A stretch of DNA of 43,345 nucleotides from Escherichia phage AV102: the sequence record OR352933.1. One strand, written 5' to 3'. The position numbers and the translations under genes were made by a program. How positions within the stretch are numbered: the first letter of the stretch is position 1; each line of letters begins with the position of its first letter. The notes beneath the pieces were generated by a model. That model saw only the letters and a program-made list of their open reading frames with translations. It had not been told where the DNA came from and searched no databases. Positions 28,228-37,158 of this stretch are shown piece by piece.

Positions 28228-28385
28228 TAGCGCCCCGTAATATCGCGGGCCTTCTTGTCGGCCCAGTTAACCCAACGCTCCGCCCACTTCGCCTTGCTGA
28301 GCTTATCGCCCAGGTAGCAGAGTCCCGCTAGGGGGATTAGTGGGAGAATCAAAGCTACGTAAATTGCACGAGATACGTAAAGCAT
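28227..28385 (-). CDS. Small hydrophobic protein (52 aa), not in the ORF track
   Basis: My translation: MLYVSRAIYVALILPLIPLAGLCYLGDKLSKAKWAERWVNWADKKARDITGR; stop overlaps the exonuclease ATG (TAATG). Confidence 0.4.
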   Translation of the reverse strand: MLYVSRAIYVALILPLIPLAGLCYLGDKLSKAKWAERWVNWADKKARDITGR

Positions 28386-28387
28386 TC

Positions 28388-28552
28388 TTAAATCTCCAAA
28401 TTAGCTGTGAAAGCGCGTATTGCACGAGTCAGCACAGACACGCCCTTTGCGCCCCCTGCCACACTAAGCGCCAGCGCCATTAACGTCAAACCAATTGCAA
28501 GTAACGCTAGTGCGGGAAATAGGAATATGTAGGATATAACTTTACGCATCAT
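28388..28552 (-). CDS. Small membrane protein (54 aa), not in the ORF track
   Basis: My translation: MMRKVISYIFLFPALALLAIGLTLMALALSVAGGAKGVSVLTRAIRAFTANLEI; start overlaps the upstream stop (ATGA). Confidence 0.4.
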   Translation of the reverse strand: MMRKVISYIFLFPALALLAIGLTLMALALSVAGGAKGVSVLTRAIRAFTANLEI

Positions 28553-28926
28553 TTACCCTCTAGTTCAGACAGCACCAGCACGGTACCAAGCATGTCCCCG
28601 ATTACTTCCGGCGTACGCAGGCTCTGGTCTACATCGTAGATACAGGAACCAATCTCCGCCAACCCGATACTGAGAGTACCTACGATGCGGATAACTGCCA
28701 GATCGTCCCCCTTCAACTTATCGGCATGTGCCGCCAGGTCGTTGTGTTCCTTGAAGGCGGTAGCGGCCAGCTCCAGATCCATGCCGTATAGGGCAGCCAG
28801 TTTATCCAGCGCATCATAGAGTGTGCCCAACCCATCATCTACAACACAATCATGCGCCGAGTCGTATACCACTGAAGCTACAGCTTTAGCCAGATTCTTG
28901 TATGCATCTAACACTTTATCCATCAA
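28549..28926 (-). CDS. Hypothetical protein (125 aa, acidic)
   Basis: ORF in the tightly packed middle operon. Confidence 0.5.
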   Translation of the reverse strand: MMDKVLDAYKNLAKAVASVVYDSAHDCVVDDGLGTLYDALDKLAALYGMDLELAATAFKEHNDLAAHADKLKGDDLAVIRIVGTLSIGLAEIGSCIYDVDQSLRTPEVIGDMLGTVLVLSELEGK

Positions 28927-29181
28927 TCACACCCCCAGAAAGTTTACTACTTCATCACGCTTAGCGCGCAGTTTATCAGCCTGTTCAGCGCACTTAGCCG
29001 CTTCAGCTTTGCTGTGTTTGGAGGCTTCTACTCGTGCCTCGGATTGTGCCGCCAGGCGCACTGCATCATCTGCAAACTTAATCGACAACTGCTCATTCAG
29101 TTGTGCCTTAGCGTCAGCACGTTTAGCTTCTGCCGTATAAGCTGCACTTAGGAGTTTGATGAGAATCTTGATGATATTCAT
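28927..29181 (-). CDS. Hypothetical coiled-coil protein (84 aa)
   Basis: Ala/Lys/Glu-rich helical heptad-like sequence. Confidence 0.45.
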   Translation of the reverse strand: MNIIKILIKLLSAAYTAEAKRADAKAQLNEQLSIKFADDAVRLAAQSEARVEASKHSKAEAAKCAEQADKLRAKRDEVVNFLGV

Positions 29182-29233
29182 AGGCTTCCTCTAAGGCCCC
29201 AGGCGGGGCCATATTAGTTAATAATAGGGTTGC

Positions 29234-30103
29234 TTAGGCTTGCGGTGCAGCAGGCGCTGCGGGGGCTGCAGGAGCCACTGGCGCTGCCGGTGCTACAGGG
29301 GCACTTGGTGCTGCTGGTGCTACTGGAGCACTCGGTGCCGCTGGTGCAGTGGGCGCAGCCGGGGCTGCGGGGGCTGCAGGAGCAGCCGGGGCCTGCATAG
29401 ACTGAGGACTCGGAACCGAACCAGCATTCAGCATAATATCCAACGCACTGCCTGGGAAGTCTACGGCCTTGTACATGTCCTCCTGAATCCAGTTTTTACT
29501 CTTACCATCATCCTTGGTACCTTCGATATACAAGCTATCCCAGGTTTCTTTGGTAGGGTTGTTCCACAAGAACAGCTTAATCTCGGAAGCATCCAGCTCA
29601 GGCATTTTAATCGGCTCACCGGTATTCGGGTCGAACTTCGGAATCGGACGGATTGCCGCGAGGTCTACAATGTTGGACTTCTTACCCGCTGCGCTGGTGT
29701 GCTCATCCACCTGGAATACAAATGCTTGTCCCAGTCGCTGTGCAGCATGCTTAATACTGCCATCGTAGTTGAGCTTGTCGAAGAACTTCTTGAAGCCCGC
29801 ACGCTCAAAGTTGCTAATAGTCATCGGATACGGACGGATACGCTTCACCTCACCGTTCGGGCCGTACACCACAATCCCGATGCGAACGTTCGCCGCGGCA
29901 GGCTTACCGGTAGGCTTACCACCTTTAGTCGGCAGGCGCTTACCAATTTCCACGTACTCAGTAAAGTAACCGTAGTACTCACCCTTCGGCAGAAGCACAT
30001 CCTCATACGCACCACCCTGGGCGGTTTCGGTCATATCAACTTCTTGGGTTTCAATCGCAGCAGCAACCAGGGAGTTCAGAGTGTCCAGTGCATTCATAGT
30101 CAT
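29234..30103 (-). CDS. Hypothetical protein with C-terminal Pro-Ala repeat tail; possibly a DNA-binding or SSB-like protein by position
   Basis: 289 aa; last ~50 residues are PAAPAAPAAP-type repeats ending in PQA and stop; position between replication genes. Confidence 0.55.
   Translation of the reverse strand: MTMNALDTLNSLVAAAIETQEVDMTETAQGGAYEDVLLPKGEYYGYFTEYVEIGKRLPTKGGKPTGKPAAANVRIGIVVYGPNGEVKRIRPYPMTISNFERAGFKKFFDKLNYDGSIKHAAQRLGQAFVFQVDEHTSAAGKKSNIVDLAAIRPIPKFDPNTGEPIKMPELDASEIKLFLWNNPTKETWDSLYIEGTKDDGKSKNWIQEDMYKAVDFPGSALDIMLNAGSVPSPQSMQAPAAPAAPAAPAAPTAPAAPSAPVAPAAPSAPVAPAAPVAPAAPAAPAAPQA
29237..29395 (-). repeat. Tandem GCN/CCN-rich nucleotide repeats encoding the Pro-Ala tail
   Basis: Repeated gctgcaggagc / ggtgctgctggtgc units on the plus strand within the CDS 3' end. 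Confidence 0.7.
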
Positions 30104-30154
30104 ATAATTATGTCCTCGTTTAGTTCAAATAATATTTACGTGCAGATGCAGGGC

Positions 30155-30319
30155 TTAGCGTTTTGAAGCGACGGCGGCGGCAACGAACACCAGGATTATA
30201 GCTAGCGCAGCAGGACCCCAGAACGGGAGCAGCACCCACAGCCAAGACCAGGCGATAACTCCGGTCAGTTTCAGGGTTACGAAGATAAGGCCTAGTACAG
30301 AACAGATTCCCATTTTCAT
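30155..30319 (-). CDS. Small two-TMD membrane protein (54 aa), not in the ORF track
   Basis: My translation: MKMGICSVLGLIFVTLKLTGVIAWSWLWVLLPFWGPAALAIILVFVAAAVASKR; AGGAG 6 nt upstream. Confidence 0.45.
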   Translation of the reverse strand: MKMGICSVLGLIFVTLKLTGVIAWSWLWVLLPFWGPAALAIILVFVAAAVASKR

Positions 30320-30331
30320 TGGTACTCCTAA

Positions 30332-30511
30332 TTAGGTTTTGATTGTGTCGCCAACTTTTAAACTCAGAGCTGAGGCTTCATCTTTATACCACCGCTCCGT
30401 CTCAGACTTGTGTCCCCAGCAGTCATACTCTAGGGTTACACGGTACACCTGGTATTGCTCATCCCATACAGGTGCATCTACTCGGGTGACGGTTGAATCG
30501 AGTACATTCAT
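30332..30511 (-). CDS. Hypothetical small protein
   Basis: Probable start MNVLDSTV at 30511 (RBS AGGAAG; ATGA overlap with the upstream stop); the track ORF extends to 30571. Confidence 0.4.
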   Translation of the reverse strand: MNVLDSTVTRVDAPVWDEQYQVYRVTLEYDCWGHKSETERWYKDEASALSLKVGDTIKT

Positions 30512-31542
30512 TTGCTTCTTCCTACCCAACGACCATCGTCGTCGAGCAGCATCGGAATTAATTGTGGGCAACCCTCTGTGATTACCAGTACACCCAGGAT
30601 TGGTTTCTTACGGGCTAACCTACCGTATGCAAAGGCCAGACTCTTACGGTCAATCAAGCAGCCTGCATACGCGCCAAAATATAGTGCCGTCGAAGACGCT
30701 GCATACTGAACTTCGAATCTGCCATGCTCATGCCCCAAGACCAAAGAAGTGCGCTCATGCGATGCGTTAAGCATGAAGTCACCTGATACCTGATGTTGGA
30801 AGCGGACCGGTCCGAGCGGTGTATTGAGCACCCAAGCATCGGCCCACGACCATGCCGGAGCACCGTGCTCAGGGAACAAGATATCGCGGTACTTCTTAAT
30901 AAATTGCACCGGCAAACCGTGAGCCTTGGCGCGACGATACACCAGACTTCCGTGATTGGAATCGCATACGAGAAGATTCGGGAAGAGTTCATGCAGCTGC
31001 TCCAGTACTAACTTAGCCTTCTCCAGTTCCACCCCGGCGCTATCCAGGTTCGGGTCGGAGTCGTGGAAACTAATTGCGTGCCCATCCGTCTCGTCGCCCA
31101 CCTGCACCACCATGTCCGGACAGTACTCATCCCGCACGCTTCGCAAGAAGTCCATAGCATCTACGTGAGTATAAGGAGCATGCAAATCACCCACAACAAG
31201 AATACGGTGACAGGTACTAGGAACGCTAGTATTTCCAATGTCGTCGGTTGGGCTCGGCTGAATAAGCTTACGAGCTTCCTGTAAACCACGGTTAGCATTC
31301 GCTTTGCTCCCGTTGTTATCCATGAAGATGCTACGCCAGTAGCGCACAAGCTGGCGGGACACCACACACTCTGCAGTACCGGGGGTGCTGTAGTATTCAG
31401 CAGTCTCCTTGTACTGTGGTATCTCCCCATAAGCCAATAGTACGTTATATGCTTTAGCGGCAGTAGAGTTATCCAAGTACTGGCCCAGGATTGCCTGGTG
31501 CTGCTCTTTGGTGAATAGTTTGATTAGACTTACTTTAGCCAA
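30508..31542 (-). CDS. Calcineurin-like metallophosphoesterase with ~110-aa N-terminal extension
   Basis: Ordered motifs GDLH, GDETDGH and DSNHGS of the calcineurin-like phosphoesterase fold; apparent TTG start codon with RBS GAGAGG. Confidence 0.65.
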   Translation of the reverse strand: MAKVSLIKLFTKEQHQAILGQYLDNSTAAKAYNVLLAYGEIPQYKETAEYYSTPGTAECVVSRQLVRYWRSIFMDNNGSKANANRGLQEARKLIQPSPTDDIGNTSVPSTCHRILVVGDLHAPYTHVDAMDFLRSVRDEYCPDMVVQVGDETDGHAISFHDSDPNLDSAGVELEKAKLVLEQLHELFPNLLVCDSNHGSLVYRRAKAHGLPVQFIKKYRDILFPEHGAPAWSWADAWVLNTPLGPVRFQHQVSGDFMLNASHERTSLVLGHEHGRFEVQYAASSTALYFGAYAGCLIDRKSLAFAYGRLARKKPILGVLVITEGCPQLIPMLLDDDGRWVGRSK

Positions 31543-31563
31543 GGGTTGCCTCTCTTATGTTGT

Positions 31564-31584
31564 TCCTACTCGTATCACATTAAT
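31564..31584 (-). promoter_or_regulatory. Diverged copy of the conserved element (minus TAATGTGATACGAGTAGGA) in the intergenic region upstream of the phosphoesterase gene
   Basis: 14 of 17 core positions match the exact element; lies in the only sizeable intergenic gap of the replication module (31543-31704), about 22 nt upstream of the gene start. Confidence 0.45.
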
Positions 31585-31704
31585 TCTCTGTGAATCACAA
31601 AATCAAGCCAGAGTCAACAAATAATTTTATTTAATTACCTGCTTGACCCCAGCTAATTCTCATGTTACCCTAACCCCCTACACCACCCAAGGGTCCACCT
31701 ATCA

Positions 31705-31926
31705 TCACTCCGCTATAAGTTTGTACTCTCCAGAGAAGAAGGTAATACCATCCCCAGGCTTCTCTGAATTATTGTCTGGATTCATTAACTCCACCTCCCA
31801 GAATTCGGGGTCATAAGATATCACACGATGCTGAGTGCCTGGTGCAAAGTAATCACGATGTCTAGGCTCTAAGGGTTCCGGCCCAAGTCCTAGTATCTCC
31901 ACAATACTACCCGGTTTAATAGTCAC
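31705..31926 (-). CDS. Hypothetical protein (73 aa)
   Basis: ORF immediately downstream of the DNA polymerase gene, 4-nt overlap. Confidence 0.5.
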   Translation of the reverse strand: MTIKPGSIVEILGLGPEPLEPRHRDYFAPGTQHRVISYDPEFWEVELMNPDNNSEKPGDGITFFSGEYKLIAE

Positions 31927-34289
31927 TCTACTTTCTCCTTACTGTACATACTTGTACCCATTTCAGCTTCCGCTGGAAACGGGACTTCGCCAATGATGCC
32001 GTAGTTAGGCCAGAGCTGGTGAATACGCTTAGGTGCATCCTCCATACACTGCTTAACTAACAGGCTCGCTTCTCTACCTACTTCCGGATTAGCACTATCC
32101 AGATACAATGCATCGTGCACGTTCGTAATCAAGCACACCTGATTATTGAACCAATCCCGTGCCAGCATTGCACGCAGAACCATACCAGCTGCTACCGCCA
32201 TCAGGAAGAATGCCTCACCCTGACACCAGTAGTTAGCCATCTCAGTTTCTTTGTAGTCCATCACCTTTTGTTTGCGCTGGCCAGGGACTACTTCCTTCCA
32301 CTGCTCCTTCTGGCGGAAGCTGTACCGTGCACCAGCTGGGCTGGTCCAGGTGCCAATGCGGTAGATGCGGTAGCTGCCATCATCCGCTTGCTCCCGGTAC
32401 ATGCGCCCAGCCGCCCCGGTGCGCTCTACCTCCTCCTTTACTACCGCCCGGAATCCGATGGTGTCTGGGAACAGCTTCGCCTCGTTATCCAGGAACGACT
32501 GTGCATACTCCACTGTACAGCCTGTAGCAAACGCAATCCCTTTAGCCGTAGCCCCGTACTGTGCAGCAAAGCTCGGAGGCTTAATGTCCGTACGCTGCTG
32601 CTTCCAGTATTTGTAGTCCGGCCCATCTGCGTTGTGGCAGAGGTCGTACATCTCTTCGTAGGTTTTGCCCTCCTTGAACGCTAGGCGGTAGCAGTGCATA
32701 TCCGTGCCGTTCTGCAGCAAACCCAACAGCTTCCTGTCTCCGGTGTGCACACAAGACATAACCACTTCCAGGGCAGAGTAATCAACCTCAGTGATACGAC
32801 CGGATTCCCCGAAACGGGAAGTGAACATCTGTTTTACTTTACTAGTTCCATCTCGCGGGAGGTTCTGGAGGTTTGGGTTAGAGCCAGATAGTCGCCCGGT
32901 AACAGTAGCACAGGTGTTAAGGCGGTGGTGGATAATACCCGAACCATCAGGGTTCTGAGGTATAACATATTGGAGCATGCCTGAGGTCTTTTTAATTGAC
33001 CCATCTTCGTTATACTCCGTTCGTAGATAGTAAGTTCCTGTATCCTTTTCCAGAGCGCCCAGCTCGTTCACCAATCTACAGAACTCAAACCCATGACGGG
33101 CCAGCGCTTCCATTGCGTCTGTACTGGTGCTGTAGACTGGTGTGCCGTCCTGCAGGCACCGGGCTTGCCTGAACTCTCCGCGCTCAGCATATTTCTCTCG
33201 GAGTACCTCTGGGAGCTCTTGGATGTTAACCAGGCCCGGGCAGAAGTAGAGGTCGTCCTCCCATTTGAGTTTCTCTTCCGCTGTATCTATGCGGAAAACT
33301 TTTGGTAAGCCCTTGTTCTTACCGGCCTTGTAAGTAACGAAGTTGTGTGCACCACTGACATCCGTACTTTCACAAGGTACAAACGTCCCCTCTGTACCTT
33401 GCACTAGATAGGCATCCACCTTCACATACTGCGGTGGGTCGTAGGGCACCTTCTTGCGGTACTTGATAGGGCCGCCATATACCAGCGCAGACATGTGGAA
33501 GTCAGACCCGAAGTTGAAATCCAACGTCTCCGGTAAGTCCTTGGGGATATACTGCTGCAGCTCCTGCTTAATCTCCAGGATACGCTGCTCCTGTTCCTCT
33601 TGGTTCTTGCGTGCAATAGGCATGTTCACGAACAGGCCGAACCATTCGCAGTAGGCCCAAGCCAGCAACGCATCCATACGCTCCCATACGTACTGCATCT
33701 GATTACGCTGGGCGAAGATATTGCACTGCCCGTAGAAGCACATGGCCGTGTTCGGGATATCCCCATTAACCAGGTAGTCGTGCAGCAGCATCGGGTCAAT
33801 CTGGGAGGTTAACACGCCCTGCTCCCAGAGAATCTTAACCCCATCTACTTTGTGCGTACCACCATACTTAGGAGCCGTCTCGTCCAGTGACGGATACATG
33901 CTCTGAAAGTCCGAGGCGATGTATTCCCCGTGCATTGTGCAGAACACCCTGCCGCCGCGCTTGAGGAAGGCCTCAAACTGCTGCCGCTGGTACGTGAGAA
34001 ACCAAGAAATCTCATAGGCTGCGTTGTGCGCAACAATAAGCCAGCAATCCTCGGGGATATGAAACCACCGGCAGCCTTCTGCTGCACTGTTTCCCGCCAA
34101 GAAATCAGCTCTTGAATTGAAGCGCACCGATTGAGTCGCGCCAACAGTGGTAGTACCGTCAGCCTGTGTCGTGTCGATACGCCATGCGGACTCAACAACA
34201 TAGTTGTCAGGGCAGTATGGGCTTGCTTTAGAGCCATAATATTCATTGTTCTCCGTCTCCAAGTCGATGTGCATTATACTGGTTGTCAT
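31923..34289 (-). CDS. DNA polymerase, family A (T7 gp5-like) with 3'-5' exonuclease domain
   Basis: IDLETEN (Exo I), DYSALEVV (motif A), KPPSFAAQYGATAKG (motif B), NVHDALYLD (motif C). Start set at MTTSIM (34289; RBS GGGAGG); the track ORF extends to 34307. Confidence 0.9.
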   Translation of the reverse strand: MTTSIMHIDLETENNEYYGSKASPYCPDNYVVESAWRIDTTQADGTTTVGATQSVRFNSRADFLAGNSAAEGCRWFHIPEDCWLIVAHNAAYEISWFLTYQRQQFEAFLKRGGRVFCTMHGEYIASDFQSMYPSLDETAPKYGGTHKVDGVKILWEQGVLTSQIDPMLLHDYLVNGDIPNTAMCFYGQCNIFAQRNQMQYVWERMDALLAWAYCEWFGLFVNMPIARKNQEEQEQRILEIKQELQQYIPKDLPETLDFNFGSDFHMSALVYGGPIKYRKKVPYDPPQYVKVDAYLVQGTEGTFVPCESTDVSGAHNFVTYKAGKNKGLPKVFRIDTAEEKLKWEDDLYFCPGLVNIQELPEVLREKYAERGEFRQARCLQDGTPVYSTSTDAMEALARHGFEFCRLVNELGALEKDTGTYYLRTEYNEDGSIKKTSGMLQYVIPQNPDGSGIIHHRLNTCATVTGRLSGSNPNLQNLPRDGTSKVKQMFTSRFGESGRITEVDYSALEVVMSCVHTGDRKLLGLLQNGTDMHCYRLAFKEGKTYEEMYDLCHNADGPDYKYWKQQRTDIKPPSFAAQYGATAKGIAFATGCTVEYAQSFLDNEAKLFPDTIGFRAVVKEEVERTGAAGRMYREQADDGSYRIYRIGTWTSPAGARYSFRQKEQWKEVVPGQRKQKVMDYKETEMANYWCQGEAFFLMAVAAGMVLRAMLARDWFNNQVCLITNVHDALYLDSANPEVGREASLLVKQCMEDAPKRIHQLWPNYGIIGEVPFPAEAEMGTSMYSKEKVE

Positions 34290-34468
34290 TGTACAGTTGC
34301 CTCCCACACTTGGAATCTACCTGTTACGTACTGGGCAGTGCATTCATCTGCTACAGCTTTACCGTGAGCCTCTGCGTCTTCCTTTTTGTGCCACAAGGTT
34401 ATATGCTCACCGAAGTGGTCATACCCGTCTGTTTCCCAAGTCTCACATACCCATACTTTCATTTCCAT
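34286..34468 (-). CDS. Hypothetical protein (60 aa)
   Basis: ORF abutting the polymerase start; preceded by a further possible 51-aa ORF (34459-34614) with a GGAGG RBS. Confidence 0.4.
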   Translation of the reverse strand: MEMKVWVCETWETDGYDHFGEHITLWHKKEDAEAHGKAVADECTAQYVTGRFQVWEATVQ

Positions 34469-34636
34469 TTAGCCCTCCGAGCCTTGTTAATTGCCAAGTG
34501 CACAATCAGCTGGCTGCTATCCAGTGCGAACCGTTTACGGAAAGTACCTGCAGATGCAGCGTACGCCTTGATTACCTCATCGTCGAGATAGTTAATGTCT
34601 AGTGGTTTAAGCATGGTAGCCTCCTATGTACCTACA

Positions 34637-34659
34637 TAGCGCCCTCTAGGAAGGCGCTA
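34637..34659 (-). promoter_or_regulatory. Hairpin downstream of the helicase gene, related to the early-region hairpin family
   Basis: 7-bp stem TAGCGCC/GGCGCTA with 9-nt loop; shares the 3' flank GGGCGCTATGT (minus strand) with the hairpins at 41871 and 42656. Confidence 0.45.
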
Positions 34660-34665
34660 GGGAAG

Positions 34666-35946
34666 TCACTTGTTAATCTGCCCTTCGTTAAAGCGGCACC
34701 TACCTGGGTCGAACGCTACCTCGAACTGTAGTAGCGACTCTTTACCTGATAGAGCCATCTTGTTTTTTGGTGTGCTGATACCACGAATGTTTTGCATATG
34801 CGGCTGCTCGTTCCTGTCCAAGCACCCCATCATAATCGCCAAATCCAAAGCACCTTGTACACCAATCTTACTCTGTTTCATTGCCGTGAGCGGAGGGAAC
34901 AGCAGGTTGTAACCTTCGAGTGAAAGCTGCATAGTACCGATAACGGCACAGTCATTCTCACACCCCAGGATACGCAGCTCCTGCCACTTCGCTTCTAGAT
35001 TCTGGTGCTCGCTCTCCATAGTACCACCACGGATGTTCGCCACCATGTCAATGATGATTACCGCTGGGCGCATCTCCTCCATGAGCGTAGAGATTTGAGC
35101 CATCGTAAGGGAGTGCGCTGCCTTGATACGGATGCGGTCTGCCCTACCTACTTTCTCCAGATAGGCTGGCACAAACTCTTGCTTACTGTGCCTGTCCTTA
35201 ATCTCAGCCAGAGTCCAATGCAGCGCCGCTTGATATACCCTCGGCACAGTGCGCGTCGCCGGGCCTTCATTAACCAACCATAGAATCGGACGGTCTCCGT
35301 ATACTTCCGGTTGTTGCTGCATCTGCTTAGCAAAGTCCACAGCAATAGCAGCGAGTAGGCTAGTTTTACCAGAATCAACAGGGGCAGCCACAGCAATACA
35401 ATCACCACCGCGAAGCCCACGGATGTTATTAGAGAGTTGCTCAAATACACCCAGCTTAAGACCGCCACTTTCATCAGTTGCGGCAAGTATCTCATCAACA
35501 CTTCCGCTCTCCCACTCTAGTAGCGAATCATGAACAGCAGCACCATCACCGTACTTGCGCTGGAGGTGCTTCATCTCCAGCAGATAATCAACCTCCTCGC
35601 CGTCTTGGTAGCGCTGTGTGAGCGCTGCAACCTCTCCGCTGTACGCCAGCTCGTTCAGGGTCTGCACAATCCCCACCACAGAATCCTGTGGTACGGCTTG
35701 TACTCCTCGCATAAGCTCGTCCATGATTACCCTCTCTTCCCGGGATAAGTGTCCGGCCCGGAGATTGAGCATACTCTGCATTGCGTCCCACTGCACCTCC
35801 TGGTGCTCCGGGTACGTGTTCCAGTACAACCCCACCCAGTCCAGTAGGTTAGAGGTATCGGGGGCGAGCATGCTCTTGGGTATCTGCTCTCGCAGTCGGT
35901 TCCAGACCTTCTGTGTGCACATTGCCTTGACTACTATTAGGTCCAA
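34666..35946 (-). CDS. Replicative DNA helicase (DnaB/gp4 helicase-like)
   Basis: Walker A AAPVDSGKTSLL; 426 aa; separate from the primase. Confidence 0.8.
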   Translation of the reverse strand: MDLIVVKAMCTQKVWNRLREQIPKSMLAPDTSNLLDWVGLYWNTYPEHQEVQWDAMQSMLNLRAGHLSREERVIMDELMRGVQAVPQDSVVGIVQTLNELAYSGEVAALTQRYQDGEEVDYLLEMKHLQRKYGDGAAVHDSLLEWESGSVDEILAATDESGGLKLGVFEQLSNNIRGLRGGDCIAVAAPVDSGKTSLLAAIAVDFAKQMQQQPEVYGDRPILWLVNEGPATRTVPRVYQAALHWTLAEIKDRHSKQEFVPAYLEKVGRADRIRIKAAHSLTMAQISTLMEEMRPAVIIIDMVANIRGGTMESEHQNLEAKWQELRILGCENDCAVIGTMQLSLEGYNLLFPPLTAMKQSKIGVQGALDLAIMMGCLDRNEQPHMQNIRGISTPKNKMALSGKESLLQFEVAFDPGRCRFNEGQINK

Positions 35947-36171
35947 TTATACAAACTCCACTCTGATAGTTCTGTTTGGGCCACCAACTTCATGAACATA
36001 GTGACGGAAGTATTCTAACTGCAGTCGCCGCTTTGCATCTTCCAGTGCTTGGTGGTACTGTACCAGCTTATGCTCCTCCCGCTTGCTACGGCAGTATCCA
36101 CACTTAAGGTCGTGCCAGGAGCGATAACCTTTTCCACAGTCACAAACATGGCTAATTAATTGTACGCCCAT
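35947..36171 (-). CDS. Small zinc-ribbon protein
   Basis: CDCGKGY...CGYC; start MGVQ at 36171 (RBS GGAGG; TAATG overlap with upstream stop); the track ORF extends to 36219. Confidence 0.5.
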   Translation of the reverse strand: MGVQLISHVCDCGKGYRSWHDLKCGYCRSKREEHKLVQYHQALEDAKRRLQLEYFRHYVHEVGGPNRTIRVEFV

Positions 36172-36377
36172 TAAACCTCCACTTTGTGGATGGTACTCTT
36201 TCTGGCATGTACTCGACACAGGCTCTCTGCCTCATGAAGGTTGGGGTACGTGTTAGTACCCACCCCACGCCCGGATCTGCACAGTTGCCACCAGCGCACC
36301 GGAAACCACCAGAACTTAACCTGCGCCTCAAATCCTGCGTAGTTGTCCTGCACTACTCTGTACTTATTCTTAAACAT
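36171..36377 (-). CDS. Hypothetical protein (68 aa, Trp-rich)
   Basis: ORF between primase and the zinc-ribbon protein. Confidence 0.45.
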   Translation of the reverse strand: MFKNKYRVVQDNYAGFEAQVKFWWFPVRWWQLCRSGRGVGTNTYPNLHEAESLCRVHARKSTIHKVEV

Positions 36378-37158
36378 TCAAAGCCTCCAGTATTTCTTTG
36401 ATTTCTGCGTCCTTAGGATCTGCAGCGAAGTAGTGTTCTCGGCACTGCATGAACGGGCGCAGTGCTCGGCGTGCTGCTGCTACCCCAGCATGCCCTGCCT
36501 GGTCATTGTCCAGCATCAGAATCACTTCCGGGCGATTCTGAATCAGCCAGGCTCGCAGCTGCGTGGGCAAGCGTGTACCCAGCATAGCTATAGCCTGCAC
36601 GTTCAACGCACTGTAGCTCGTAACTGCGTGCTGTATCTTCCGGGCTGAGAGTAAGTCCTCGGTGAGCACGACCTTTAGAGGTGCGGCCACAGCTACAGCC
36701 GGTGCTACGGCAGGTGCCGCGACAGCGAAAGCTATTGGCTGGCCGTACATTACCCACTTCGGTTGCTGTCGGGCATGAACAGCACGACCCAGTACAGCAC
36801 CCCCGACACGGAATAGTATCCGCTGTTTCTCGTTGCTCCACTCTGCATCCTCCACCATTTCAGGCATGATTCCTTTTGAAGCAAGGAATCCGTAAATAAA
36901 ACTCTGCGTTTCCGCAGGCGCTTGGTTAATGCAAATTGCATCTGCAGGTGCAGAGGGCTGCACCCTCGGCTCTTCCTGTAACTGTATGCGCTGGTACTGC
37001 TTGCGCTCCTTGCCTACCTGTTTGCAGCGGTGACAGTAGTATTCCCAGGCATCCGGGTTATTATAGAGCACCCCGGCGGCGTCCCTGCCGCAGCACCGAA
37101 AGCGTGCCCTCTGCCCCACGGCCAGGCGCTTGCACGCTCTAAGCCAGGGCTGGTCCAT
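36370..37158 (-). CDS. DNA primase (zinc-ribbon + TOPRIM)
   Basis: N-terminal Cys cluster CKRLAVGQRARFRCCGRD...YYCHRC; TOPRIM-like acidic motifs VVLTEDLLSARK and ILMLDNDQAG. Confidence 0.8.
   Translation of the reverse strand: MDQPWLRACKRLAVGQRARFRCCGRDAAGVLYNNPDAWEYYCHRCKQVGKERKQYQRIQLQEEPRVQPSAPADAICINQAPAETQSFIYGFLASKGIMPEMVEDAEWSNEKQRILFRVGGAVLGRAVHARQQPKWVMYGQPIAFAVAAPAVAPAVAVAAPLKVVLTEDLLSARKIQHAVTSYSALNVQAIAMLGTRLPTQLRAWLIQNRPEVILMLDNDQAGHAGVAAARRALRPFMQCREHYFAADPKDAEIKEILEALNV

Noticed and set aside
29240-30166. 308-aa plus-strand ORF rich in Cys/Arg/Trp
   Set aside because: It is the antisense reading of the GC-rich Pro-Ala repeat region and the rest of the 289-aa minus-strand gene; its composition is a repeat artefact.
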